Positions 8,988-18,345 of a stretch of 22,213 bases of DNA are shown in pieces; position 1 is the first letter of the stretch, and every line of letters starts with the position of its first letter. A program made the position numbers and the translations under genes. This stretch comes from Promethearchaeota archaeon (GTDB lineage: Archaea; Asgardarchaeota; Lokiarchaeia; Sigyniarchaeales; SOKP01), in NCBI GenBank assembly GCA_019058015.1, contig JAHLWH010000194.1, positions 1-22,213 of the forward strand, in the 5' to 3' direction. Under the pieces are notes generated by a model. That model was not told the origin of the DNA and did not search any database. It saw only the letters and a list, made by a program, of their open reading frames with translations.

Positions 8988-9521
8988 TTAAGATTTTTTA
9001 ATTTCAGCAACAATTTTTTCAATAATTTCTTCAATTGATAAATTTTCTGTATCAATTATGATATTATATAATTTTCTTATTATTTTTTCATCTTGTAAAT
9101 CGATATTATATAATTTTTTAAATCTTCTTGCTTCACTCCATTCTCTACGCAATGTCTCATCTATTTTCTCTTTATAATTAGTTTCATCTCGGTTACTCAT
9201 TCTTTTTACACGGGTCTCAAGAGGACAGTGAAGTAATATTTTAAAATTTGCATTATCCTTAAGAATGTAAGCACTTAACTGGCTATCAATAATAATATTC
9301 CCCATAATTGCGATATTATTTATCTTTTTATCCAGCATAATATCTATTTCGGGATTTTTTTCAGCAAATTCAGTAAATTCTTTAAGAGACATATTTTGTT
9401 CTTTTGCAAGTTCCCTGAAAGCGTCACCTGTAGAATAATAACGTAAATTAAAAATTTCAGCGATTTTTTTACCTATTGTTGATTTCCCTGTTCCATGAAG
9501 TCCAGAGATAGTAATTATCAA
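8988..9521 (-). CDS. cmk: Cytidylate kinase, archaeal type
   Basis: IITISGLHGTGKST P-loop and STGDAFRELAKE. Sits in the conserved rpl34e-cmk-rpl14e order. Confidence 0.92.
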   Translation of the reverse strand: MIITISGLHGTGKSTIGKKIAEIFNLRYYSTGDAFRELAKEQNMSLKEFTEFAEKNPEIDIMLDKKINNIAIMGNIIIDSQLSAYILKDNANFKILLHCPLETRVKRMSNRDETNYKEKIDETLRREWSEARRFKKLYNIDLQDEKIIRKLYNIIIDTENLSIEEIIEKIVAEIKKS

Positions 9522-9557
9522 AAAATCACTTAATAAAATATTGTTCCAATAAAATAA

Positions 9558-9833
9558 TTAAGATACTTCAGCCCAAATTGATTCTTGAATCAATTTTTGA
9601 AGGCAAGAAGCACAAAATTTTCCGCTATAGGGTCTTGTTGCCTTACGAGCAGTCTTAGGAATTTTTTTCATTTGCGAAGGTCTAACTCGTGGGATGCCTT
9701 GCAGAGGGCGTTTGCAGAGCATACAATGAGCTTTTTTTGGTTTTCTCCGCGAATAATGAATAACATTCTTGTTTCCTGGTGTTGTTCTCTTATGGCGTGC
9801 TAAAGAATGACTTCGATATGCTGGTTTTACCAT
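9558..9833 (-). CDS. rpl34e: 50S ribosomal protein eL34
   Basis: TTPGNKNVIHY, CMLC..LQGIP and RPYSGKFCASC motifs. Confidence 0.95.
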   Translation of the reverse strand: MVKPAYRSHSLARHKRTTPGNKNVIHYSRRKPKKAHCMLCKRPLQGIPRVRPSQMKKIPKTARKATRPYSGKFCASCLQKLIQESIWAEVS

Positions 9834-9960
9834 ATTTAAGCATTATAAATTTTTTTAATATCTATTCGAATAATTATTTTAAGTAAATATTCTCAATTTA
9901 ATTAATTTTATCCTTTTATAAGTTTTAAAATAACAGTTATTTTATTAAAAATTACTGAAA

Positions 9961-10608
9961 TCAGAGATTTAATTTGCTTTTAAACTCTTTAAAAATTGAA
10001 TAGATTTTTTCTGCCAAATCATCTTGTTCTTGAGGAGCTTGTATAATATCATCAGCTATATTTTTAATTTTTGTATACAATAAATCAATTTTTTCTTTTA
10101 TAGAATCAAGCCCAGGAAATTTTTCTAAAGAGATTAATAAATCAAGAAATAATTTTTTTAGTAATTTACTAGTTGCAATATCTCTTAGTTTTAATGCATC
10201 CATCAATGTAATAAAACTACTGGTGATTTCTGTTGAGATTCCTGGTAATTCTAGCACTGCTTGTTGGAGTTTAGGTTTTAGATTTTTATCTAGAGTATCT
10301 GTTTTTTTGTAATTTATATCTCCTTGGTTTGGATTAAATTTCAAGTTGGAAACATTATTAATAATATCAATAGCAGTATGATAATCTTCAGAGAATTCCA
10401 TTTTTTCTAAAAATATATTTAAATTTATCCCCTTATCTTGTAATTCGAAGTTAAATTGAATTAATTCTTGGATTGTGGATTTTATTGATTTTAAGTAGAA
10501 ATTTTCTTGAATTTCTCCCTTTGTATATTTTTTATGAATATTTATAATAGTTTTGACTAAAGCAAATAATTCTGATTCAATTTCAAGGATTGATTTTTGG
10601 TTTTTCAT
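9961..10608 (-). CDS. vps28: Vps28-like ESCRT-I subunit
   Basis: N-terminal ESELFALVKTI...KKYTKGEI...FY resembles the Vps28 core. C-terminal EITSSFITLMDALKL...LFLDLLISLEKF matches the Vps28 FITxMDxLKL motif. Length 215 aa fits the family. Confidence 0.78.
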   Translation of the reverse strand: MKNQKSILEIESELFALVKTIINIHKKYTKGEIQENFYLKSIKSTIQELIQFNFELQDKGINLNIFLEKMEFSEDYHTAIDIINNVSNLKFNPNQGDINYKKTDTLDKNLKPKLQQAVLELPGISTEITSSFITLMDALKLRDIATSKLLKKLFLDLLISLEKFPGLDSIKEKIDLLYTKIKNIADDIIQAPQEQDDLAEKIYSIFKEFKSKLNL

Positions 10609-10629
10609 TTGAATCTTTTTTTATATTTA

Positions 10630-11577
10630 TTATAACGTCCCTAAAATCGTAGGTTTTAGTAAAAAGAATATGATTGCAGTGATTATTCCTATAGAAACAG
10701 AGGATAAATATACTCGATAAGTAGATGAATTAGCGAGTTCTCTGATTGCAATTGTCATATTCATTGGGATCCAAATAATTAGCACAATAGCATCAATAAT
10801 ATCTAACGCCATCCAGGTTGGAGATTGAAAAATTGTGTCAAATATAGTACTGTTTAAAGAAAAGTCAAAGGGGAGGGATATTTCATGAGTGGGTAATGAA
10901 ATTAATATAATTAATACTTTTATTAATCCAGTAATTATAAGAGGTGTAAAAGCACAGAATAACATATTATATTTATTAGCTTCTTGTTTTTGAAGTAGAG
11001 TACCTGACTTATATATACTAAATACAGATGCTTCTTCTGCCAATTTTCCCTTTTCTTTCTCATCTTTGTCTTTTTTTTTCCCAAATCGGTCCTCTAATCT
11101 TTCAGTGAAACCTATAGAGTAATTTGCTCCTTTTATAAAGAAGTAGGACAAAACCACAAGAAGTAAAAAGTAATAAATAAAGCCAAAGGCAAAAAAAGCC
11201 ATATAGACAGATATAAAATAACCAAATAATATAGTAACATCATAAGGATTAACAGGATTTCCATTAATATCAATAATTTGAAAATGTGAAAATAATGATA
11301 ACCCAAAAAGACCATAAATTAATGAATTAAAAAGAATGATAAAAAATCCGGGAGCAGAATCTCGTTTATGATTAATATCCCAAAAGGCTTTCGCAGGATT
11401 GATGATTAAGAGATAGAATTTAGTCAAAAAACTCTCTGGATTGCTCCATTCTGCTTCATATCTCTTAAAAAATAGAAAATTTTCAATTTTTTCTATACGT
11501 AGCCTTTTTCCACAGAAACTACAGACATAAGAATCTTTAGGTGGGGTATTTCCACATCTAGGGCAGCGCATTGACAC
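10630..11577 (-). CDS. Zinc-ribbon plus Yip1-like multi-pass membrane protein
   Basis: CPRC-x10-CSFC at the N-terminus, LIINPAKAFWDI (Yip1-type P-x-x-x-F), then about 5 hydrophobic segments. Confidence 0.65.
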   Translation of the reverse strand: MSMRCPRCGNTPPKDSYVCSFCGKRLRIEKIENFLFFKRYEAEWSNPESFLTKFYLLIINPAKAFWDINHKRDSAPGFFIILFNSLIYGLFGLSLFSHFQIIDINGNPVNPYDVTILFGYFISVYMAFFAFGFIYYFLLLVVLSYFFIKGANYSIGFTERLEDRFGKKKDKDEKEKGKLAEEASVFSIYKSGTLLQKQEANKYNMLFCAFTPLIITGLIKVLIILISLPTHEISLPFDFSLNSTIFDTIFQSPTWMALDIIDAIVLIIWIPMNMTIAIRELANSSTYRVYLSSVSIGIITAIIFFLLKPTILGTL

Positions 11578-11786
11578 AGAAATTCTACTTTTTTTTTAAT
11601 TTTTGTTATATTATAGATATTGCGTTTTATGTTTTTATTTTTATTTCATTATTATTTACCCAGATAATTTCAACTATTAAATAAATTTTTATTGTGAATA
11701 ACCAATTAATGTGAAGATCTTGTGATATTATAAGAAAAAAAAATAAAAAAAAAGATTAGAAACTTAAATAAAAATTTGGTGTTCTT

Positions 11787-12017
11787 TTACCTAGTAGCGT
11801 TTCGAATATCTAAAGCAGTAATACGCTTCCTTTTTGCAGCTTTGGTTAATTTTATAGATTCTTTAGTAATATCAGCTGCCGCTTTTTCTAAATATCCAAT
11901 TAATTTATTAAGAGCTTCTGCTGCTACTAATCTAGCACCTTCTGCTTTCATTAAGCGTCTAATAGGTGCTTTTGCGATATATGCTGCACTTTTTTTTGCA
12001 GGTGCTTTCTTTGACAT
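11787..12017 (-). CDS. Archaeal histone with short Lys-rich N-terminal tail
   Basis: Histone fold APIRRLMK..GA..V...A...L...LE....DI...S..L....KRKRI...DI. ATG at 12017 with GGAGG SD at 12030-12026; 76 aa. Confidence 0.93.
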   Translation of the reverse strand: MSKKAPAKKSAAYIAKAPIRRLMKAEGARLVAAEALNKLIGYLEKAAADITKESIKLTKAAKRKRITALDIRNATR

Positions 12018-12273
12018 AATATTTTCCTCCAATTTTTTTTTATTAAAATACTATTTTTAAAAAATTTTTTTCTAAATAAACCTATACCTTTCTAATATAT
12101 AAATTTCACGATTCAAATAACAATAATCTTTAATTCTATTATATTTTTTTGATCAATTGCAAATAATTTTAATGTATAAATACCGACAAAATGAAAAATC
12201 CATTTTAAAAAATAAACATTAAATATAAAAATTGAATCAAAATTTATTTAAAGAAGAATTATTTTACTCCAGT

Positions 12274-13338
12274 TTAAATTTGTTTTTGTTTCAGATTTAC
12301 AATAATTCCATTACTCTCTTTTAAAATTTTATACTCCTTCAAATTAAATTTTTGGAGTAATTCTAAATTTGTTTTTAAATGACTTGTTAATTCGGAAACT
12401 CTTATTCGAGATTCTCCATTAGCAATTGACATAACTGGGATCAATTGATCAGCTAGATAATTATCCACGGGTATTTTGTTTTTAATATAGGAAATAATTG
12501 CATTTGCAGCATGTTTTCCTACCTTTTCGGACGAAACACCTCTTTCTCCCAAGATTGTTCCTGAACTAATAATTGCCTTTGTATCAGATTCAGCCCATAA
12601 ACATATACCTACTCCAGTACTATATGTTTTTACATAGTCATAAATAATATTACAGCTTAAACCTAATTTTTGGTGAATTTGGGATTTTATTGTTTCTATT
12701 ATACGTTCAGCAACTTTAGGTTTTCTTAAAGCTTCTGAACATATAACACGTCCATTGATTTGGCTAACATTTCCCAATTCAACGATCTCTATTGGTTTTA
12801 TTGGTTGTGTGGAACCAGATATTGTGAAGTGTAAGTGTGCACCTCCCTTGGGATAAAATCCATGGCGGTGTATTTTCAAATTGGTTTTATATCCTACTTG
12901 TTCATATACTTTAAAAAGAACATTTGTTAAAAAAGAAGTTCCAGGGGCCCATTTTCCATAGGTTCCTCCTCCCTTTATTTCCAGATTGATTGATTTTCCA
13001 GAACCTAACCTCATACATGCAATTTGAACTGGTTGGAGTAATAAAGCAACATTTCCTGCTGTTTCAACATTTATAACTAAATTTTCCTTAAACTCATCCC
13101 CAGGAGAAAATTCAATTTCTGTGGTCCCTACTGTAGATTTAGATAAATACCCACCTGTAAGTTTTTCCAATATTTGCAATCCGCGTAAATGTTGTAATCG
13201 TAATCCTGGTTTTGGTCTGTTTGCTCTAATATTTTTTACTCTTATTGGGATTTGTTTTAACACAGAAAAGCCTGATGATAACCGTAATATCGATCCACCC
13301 CCCTCAAGAAGTGATCCATCAATAGCTAACGGTTCCAT
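12274..13338 (-). CDS. rtcA: RNA 3'-terminal phosphate cyclase
   Basis: IDGSLLEGGGSILR, IRANRPKPGLRLQH, GFYPKGG, YLADQL and catalytic His in TSHLKTN. Confidence 0.95.
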   Translation of the reverse strand: MEPLAIDGSLLEGGGSILRLSSGFSVLKQIPIRVKNIRANRPKPGLRLQHLRGLQILEKLTGGYLSKSTVGTTEIEFSPGDEFKENLVINVETAGNVALLLQPVQIACMRLGSGKSINLEIKGGGTYGKWAPGTSFLTNVLFKVYEQVGYKTNLKIHRHGFYPKGGAHLHFTISGSTQPIKPIEIVELGNVSQINGRVICSEALRKPKVAERIIETIKSQIHQKLGLSCNIIYDYVKTYSTGVGICLWAESDTKAIISSGTILGERGVSSEKVGKHAANAIISYIKNKIPVDNYLADQLIPVMSIANGESRIRVSELTSHLKTNLELLQKFNLKEYKILKESNGIIVNLKQKQI

Positions 13339-13343
13339 AGAGT

Positions 13344-14468
13344 TTAATTCCTATTCAATTTTTTAATTCTTTCAATTCCATCAAATTTTACAATTAATTT
13401 AGCAACAGGCTTAGGAACTAATTCAATCCATTCATTATCATTTTTTAAAATTAGTTCTCTAATATAGGCTCCATTAAATTCATCTTTATGATAGTATTTT
13501 GGTATTACAATGTCACACTTTTTTCCTAAAAAGAGATTTCGCATCCACTCATTGGGTGTATATATGAGATCAAAATCGCCAACAATCTTGAAGATGTTAT
13601 CAACCCATTTTTTTGCATCATACATATCCGGAATTTCATAGTAAGTAATTTTTTTAAAATCTATGCCGTTTTTTTTTAAAGATTCAGTAATAAAACTTTT
13701 TCGTTCTTTAAAACTAAAGGGATTCATTTTTGTATTATATTCTTGAGAACTCCCAATACCGATTTTTAATTCAGCATTTTCTTCTAATATTTTTGTTATT
13801 ATATGCAAATGTCCTTTATGAAAAGGTTGGAATCTCCCAATAAATAATGCACATCTATTTTTTTTATCTAATTTAGGTTTTTCTTTAAAAAGGTTGATTA
13901 CATCCATATTTATAAAAATGTTCCACAATTTTTTAGTTATCGAGATAAAATTTTTTGCTTTTAATAATTGACTCAGCTCATCTTTAGAGTAAAATCGACT
14001 AGATTCAATATCAACTTCATTAGGATTTAAATGAATATTAGAGTCAATTAAAGCAATAAAGATATAACTTATCTCAAAAGACTCTTCAGGTTCTGATTGC
14101 AAGGAATAGAACTTAATTTTTTGCGGATATACTCCCATTTCTTCAAATAGTTCCCTCTCAGACTCTTGAATAATATCTTCAAAACTTAATTTTTTCTTGT
14201 AATTAATATGTCCGGAAGCTGAATCCGTATAAAAATTTGGATATACTTTTTTTTTTTTACTTCTTTTTTGGATTAAATATTTAACCTCTCCATTCTTATC
14301 AACAAAAAATCCAAAAATTCGAACGATAAGATGGTAAATATTCTTTTCATGAACAATTCTTCTTTTTTCCGGAAAAATATAAGGAGATATTTTACCTGTA
14401 TGTAGATATTTTATATCTTCTTTTTTAATGCATGCTAAAAGTTCATCTGGATCAGCAAATTCTGCCAT
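13344..14468 (-). CDS. nadM: NUDIX (IDI/YfcD-like) domain fused to C-terminal nicotinamide-mononucleotide adenylyltransferase
   Basis: N-terminal HLIVRIF, IQKRSKKK, DSASGH and RELFEEMG. C-terminal FIGRFQPFHKGH, IGIGSSQ, NPFSFKER, GAYIR and WIELVP. Confidence 0.88.
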   Translation of the reverse strand: MAEFADPDELLACIKKEDIKYLHTGKISPYIFPEKRRIVHEKNIYHLIVRIFGFFVDKNGEVKYLIQKRSKKKKVYPNFYTDSASGHINYKKKLSFEDIIQESERELFEEMGVYPQKIKFYSLQSEPEESFEISYIFIALIDSNIHLNPNEVDIESSRFYSKDELSQLLKAKNFISITKKLWNIFINMDVINLFKEKPKLDKKNRCALFIGRFQPFHKGHLHIITKILEENAELKIGIGSSQEYNTKMNPFSFKERKSFITESLKKNGIDFKKITYYEIPDMYDAKKWVDNIFKIVGDFDLIYTPNEWMRNLFLGKKCDIVIPKYYHKDEFNGAYIRELILKNDNEWIELVPKPVAKLIVKFDGIERIKKLNRN

Positions 14469-14486
14469 GAGATCTAATCCATCTAA

Positions 14487-15359
14487 TTAATCTAAGTTAA
14501 ATTGATCTTTTTTAATATAAAATATTTCTCCAACAGAGATATTAAATGTTTGTGCAAAACTTTTCATATTTAGACTTAATTCTAAAAAATTAAAAGAATC
14601 TCTCTTTAAAAGAGGTTTACTCGACACTTTTAAATAAGATGAGAGTTCTTCATAATAAGACAAAAAAATACATTCCAAATCTTTTCCTTTTAAATTCATC
14701 TTATAAGAATCTTTATGAAGGAATTGAATTCCTAAATTTTTAGATTTATTTTCATTATCTAATTCAATATTTGTAATACAATTTCCAAAAGAATCAATAT
14801 ATTGAATCATTCCTTTAATTTTATTCTCTTCTTCAATTATTTTTGGAAATAAATCATTTAATTTTTTTATATTATCAATTTCAAGAGGATTACCAAAATT
14901 CTCAATCGATATCCCTTTGGATAAATAAGCACTGACCGGAGCCATAATATCACGCCCATGAAAGGTGTCTGAAACTGGTTCTAAAAAATAATCTTGGTTA
15001 GAAATCTCAATAATTTTAGAAATCACCTCATTATTAATAATATACGTAAATAATCCATTGTCAGGGCCAATAAAATAAAAACCTGAAGAAGTTTCAAGTA
15101 TAATAATTTTTCTTGCACTTCCGACTCCTGGATCTATTATTAATACAAATATAATTCCTTTTGGAAAATATTTATATGTCGATTTTAGAATGTAAGCACC
15201 TTCAAGAATAGAAAATGGAGTTATGTTATGAGAAATATCAATTATTTTTACTGTTGGATTAATTTTTAAAATTACCCCTTTGATGCACGCAACATAATGC
15301 TGACCATCGGAACCAAAATCAGTGATTAATGCAATGTAATTATTATTTATATTAGTCAT
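14487..15359 (-). CDS. SAM hydroxide adenosyltransferase (DUF62; chlorinase/fluorinase superfamily)
   Basis: IALITDFG, IIDPGVGSAR, GPDNG, SDTFHGRDIMAP and YIDSFGNCITN motifs. ATG 15359 preferred over TTG 15380. Confidence 0.92.
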   Translation of the reverse strand: MTNINNNYIALITDFGSDGQHYVACIKGVILKINPTVKIIDISHNITPFSILEGAYILKSTYKYFPKGIIFVLIIDPGVGSARKIIILETSSGFYFIGPDNGLFTYIINNEVISKIIEISNQDYFLEPVSDTFHGRDIMAPVSAYLSKGISIENFGNPLEIDNIKKLNDLFPKIIEEENKIKGMIQYIDSFGNCITNIELDNENKSKNLGIQFLHKDSYKMNLKGKDLECIFLSYYEELSSYLKVSSKPLLKRDSFNFLELSLNMKSFAQTFNISVGEIFYIKKDQFNLD

Positions 15360-15413
15360 TTTGTTTGAATTTTTTATCAATTTTGTATGGTTATTTATGA
15401 TTATTTTTTATTC

Positions 15414-16364
15414 CTAATTATCTCCAAGACCAATTACAATAGCATCATAATAATATCCGTCAAGTTCTTCCTCTCTACAGTCCATACTCAAACCATGTTC
15501 CTTACACCATCGCTCTAACTCTTGCACCTCTTGATGAGAAAAAACACTCGCATCAATAAAAAAAATTGACCTAAGATTCGGAACATCCTTAATTGGGTGG
15601 ATTTTCGTAATTGGGTTTTTGAACACCTCGAAATCATATAGATTTAATAAGCCGTTGATACCTTTTAACTCGGTTATTTGATTATAAGTTAAATTTAAAT
15701 TGCGAAGCGTAATAAGGTTCCCAAGGTCTTTTATCTCGGTAATCTGATTATGGGCCAAATTGAGCGTAACAATATTGTCGAGGCTGTCAAGGACCTTAAT
15801 CTCGGTGATTTTATTGTTCTCTAAATATAGATCTCTCAGATTTTTAAGATTGCCCAGCCCTTGTATTTCGGTAATTTGATTATTTCTTAAATATAAACTT
15901 TTTAGATTACTTAATCTTTCAAGACCATTAATATGGACAATTTGATTAAATTGTAGAGTTAATTCTTCCAATTTATGAAGAGCCCCCAAACCCTCTATCA
16001 CTTTTATCTGATTTCCTGCCATATCTAACTGTCTTAACTGTTTTAGGTTTTCAAGCCCTTCTATTTTTCGTATGTTAGCGTTGCATAAAGTTAATTTCTC
16101 TAAATTTTCAAGTGAATTGAGAAAATCTAAATTTTTAAATTTACAACTAGAAATATGGAGATTCAAAAGATTAGAGAAACGTGCAAGCATTTCTGGTTCT
16201 TCAATATCAATATCTCTTAAATGGAGATGATAAACACGTCTTTGCCAATTTGTATTGAAATATAAAATATCCTCTTGATGACCATATTTCTTAAGAATAT
16301 TTAATAAAAAAAATCTCTCGGTTTTATTCGAGATTTTTTTAATCTTTTTAAGTTGAGATTCCAA
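15414..16364 (-). CDS. Leucine-rich repeat protein (22-residue SDS22/internalin-like repeats); start uncertain
   Basis: About 9 repeats of LxxLxxLxLxxNxIxxIxGL. The frame stays open upstream to a TAA at 16460-16458, with an in-frame ATG at 16478. Confidence 0.9.
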   Translation of the reverse strand: MESQLKKIKKISNKTERFFLLNILKKYGHQEDILYFNTNWQRRVYHLHLRDIDIEEPEMLARFSNLLNLHISSCKFKNLDFLNSLENLEKLTLCNANIRKIEGLENLKQLRQLDMAGNQIKVIEGLGALHKLEELTLQFNQIVHINGLERLSNLKSLYLRNNQITEIQGLGNLKNLRDLYLENNKITEIKVLDSLDNIVTLNLAHNQITEIKDLGNLITLRNLNLTYNQITELKGINGLLNLYDFEVFKNPITKIHPIKDVPNLRSIFFIDASVFSHQEVQELERWCKEHGLSMDCREEELDGYYYDAIVIGLGDN

Positions 16365-16557
16365 TTTGGCTTGTATTCTTTCTCTCTTGGCTTCGGGGCT
16401 TTCCTCGGGCCTCTTTTTCTCCCTCCAATATATCCAAGAAAACTTATCCGAAATATCTTACCACTCTTTATTTCGCATTTCTAAATAGTCAATTAATAAA
16501 TAAGAAAAAAAAGATGCTTAAATATTTTTACACCCTCCCGATTTTGCGTTTAATACA

Positions 16558-16950
16558 CTAATCCACATTCTGTATATTGGGAAAATATTTGCGTAAGACT
16601 AAAAACTCGGGGCTAAACCACGGTTGCAGTTCAATCTCTATTGCGTCAAAATCGAAGGATCCTATACTACTGGTAAACCATTTATCATCCCAATTTTTTA
16701 TCATTAGACTCAAAAAGATTCTTATAGCTTTTTTATCTATTGGATTAGATTTTGAATCTTTAATATAATTATCATACCATCTATTCCATCTGTCTATATC
16801 AAACTCATCTGGTGGATTCTTTAAGACCATTTCATTAAATATTTCAATATAGCCCTTATCAATATTTTGAGTAGTAGCTAATTGCTTTTCTAAATCATTC
16901 AATTTCGCTCGTAAATCTAATGCGACGTTATTATTAATAGTTTTATTCAT
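16558..16950 (-). CDS. Hypothetical protein
   Basis: Open frame. ATG 16950 overlaps the upstream gene's stop (ATGAATAA), suggesting translational coupling. No family recognised. Confidence 0.6.
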   Translation of the reverse strand: MNKTINNNVALDLRAKLNDLEKQLATTQNIDKGYIEIFNEMVLKNPPDEFDIDRWNRWYDNYIKDSKSNPIDKKAIRIFLSLMIKNWDDKWFTSSIGSFDFDAIEIELQPWFSPEFLVLRKYFPNIQNVD

Positions 16951-17842
16951 TTTGTTTATATTTTTTATCAATTTTATGAAATTCACTTAAAGCCCGGCTT
17001 TTCATTGAATATATTTCAGCCCTTTCGAAATCCATAAGTTTTTCGGATAGATCAGCAGCTTTTCTATATAATAAATAAGCTGTATGAAAATCATCGTTTT
17101 TAAGGGAATTTCTTGCCTTTTCAGCAACTTCCTCACGTTCTTTTATAATATTTGGGAGTTGTCTTGTATTAATAGCCTTTTCTTTTAAAGTTTTAACCAA
17201 TTTATCTTCATATATTTCAACAGCCATCTTGGAAACTACATCATATTTCTTCGCAGCCCTCTCATATTCACCATTTTTTATTGCTTCTTCTGCACTTTTA
17301 GAAATTTTTTGCATTTCAATGTGAATTCCATCCTCGATTTTTCCTAAAAGTTCCTGAGCAAGCTTTCTATCTTCGATATTACCACTTAATAATGTCTTGG
17401 TTCTTTCTATAATTAATTTTTTTAGATTATCTGAATCAACAATATCTTTTAATTTTTCTATATAATTAATGTAAATATCTTCAATTTTTTCTTCAATATT
17501 GAGAGATTTAATGTCTGAATAATCTAAATCTTCAAATAATTTTGCTGAAGTTTGTAGAGAAGAAATATATGATTTTACATCCTCATCCATATTTAAGAAC
17601 AGCCCAATAATTATTCCTTGAAGATATTTTTGAAATTTCGGGTGAAATTTGTATAAAAAAGAGAGAATTATTTGATTTTCAAGAGTTATTTTATTTATTT
17701 CTTTTGAATTATGATCAATTCTAATTCGTAAAAATAGTTCATCAGAAATTGGTTTTTGACGCTTTTGATCTTTAAAAAAATAACCCAAAATCTCAAATTC
17801 TGAGTTTTTTTTCATAGCAATCAAAAAAAAACCTTTAGGCAT
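16943..17842 (-). CDS. Hypothetical protein: putative longin-like N-terminal domain plus TPR/MIT-like helical C-terminus
   Basis: MPKGFFLIAM...EILGYFF...ISDELFLRI...IIIGLFLN..ED shows a beta-beta-alpha-beta-beta-beta-alpha pattern. C-terminal AEEAIKNGEYERAAKKY and ARNSLKNDDFHTAYLLYRKAADL are TPR-like. Confidence 0.5.
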   Translation of the reverse strand: MPKGFFLIAMKKNSEFEILGYFFKDQKRQKPISDELFLRIRIDHNSKEINKITLENQIILSFLYKFHPKFQKYLQGIIIGLFLNMDEDVKSYISSLQTSAKLFEDLDYSDIKSLNIEEKIEDIYINYIEKLKDIVDSDNLKKLIIERTKTLLSGNIEDRKLAQELLGKIEDGIHIEMQKISKSAEEAIKNGEYERAAKKYDVVSKMAVEIYEDKLVKTLKEKAINTRQLPNIIKEREEVAEKARNSLKNDDFHTAYLLYRKAADLSEKLMDFERAEIYSMKSRALSEFHKIDKKYKQNE

Positions 17843-17895
17843 TATTGGAAACCGGTTTAAAAGTATTCTTTATTACAATGTTAACATAAAAAATT

Positions 17896-18315
17896 TTATT
17901 TTTTAGCTTGCATTGCTCTCCCCATTAACTCTCTTATGGATTGGACAACGGAGAGAAGTTGTGTATAATATAAAGTATCAGTAACAGACGATGATACCTG
18001 TTTTATAATATCAATATTTTGTTTATGTTGTTCAGTCATATGTTCCACGCTTTTTTTATCCCAGAGTTGTTTTACTTTAGCATTAACTTCCTTAGATAAT
18101 ACACCTAATTGTTCATTGGATTTAACCCGAAATTGCCTTAAAACTTCAATTATTAACCGAATATTTTCAGTTAGACTAACAATTTCTTTTGAAAACGTCA
18201 TTGTTATTTTATCAATATCTTCACTCATTTTTCCAACTTTCTGAATAGTTACATCTAAAGTATTTGTAATTTGATTTATTTTATTCAACATCTCATTTAT
18301 TAAATTTTCAGCCAA
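17896..18315 (-). CDS. Hypothetical all-helical coiled-coil protein
   Basis: 139 aa with heptad periodicity and no TM segment. TTG start with purine-rich GAAGGG upstream. Confidence 0.7.
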   Translation of the reverse strand: MAENLINEMLNKINQITNTLDVTIQKVGKMSEDIDKITMTFSKEIVSLTENIRLIIEVLRQFRVKSNEQLGVLSKEVNAKVKQLWDKKSVEHMTEQHKQNIDIIKQVSSSVTDTLYYTQLLSVVQSIRELMGRAMQAKK

Positions 18316-18345
18316 TTTCTCAACCCTTCTTATTTTTAATTAAGT

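Noticed and set aside
13900-14468. Active type-1 isopentenyl-diphosphate isomerase
   Set aside because: The catalytic Cys motif is replaced by SASGH and the E-x-E motif is incomplete.
15650-16100. CRISPR-like or tandem DNA repeat at 66-bp period
   Set aside because: The periodicity is explained by the 22-aa LRR coding repeats. There are no identical repeats with spacers and no cas genes.
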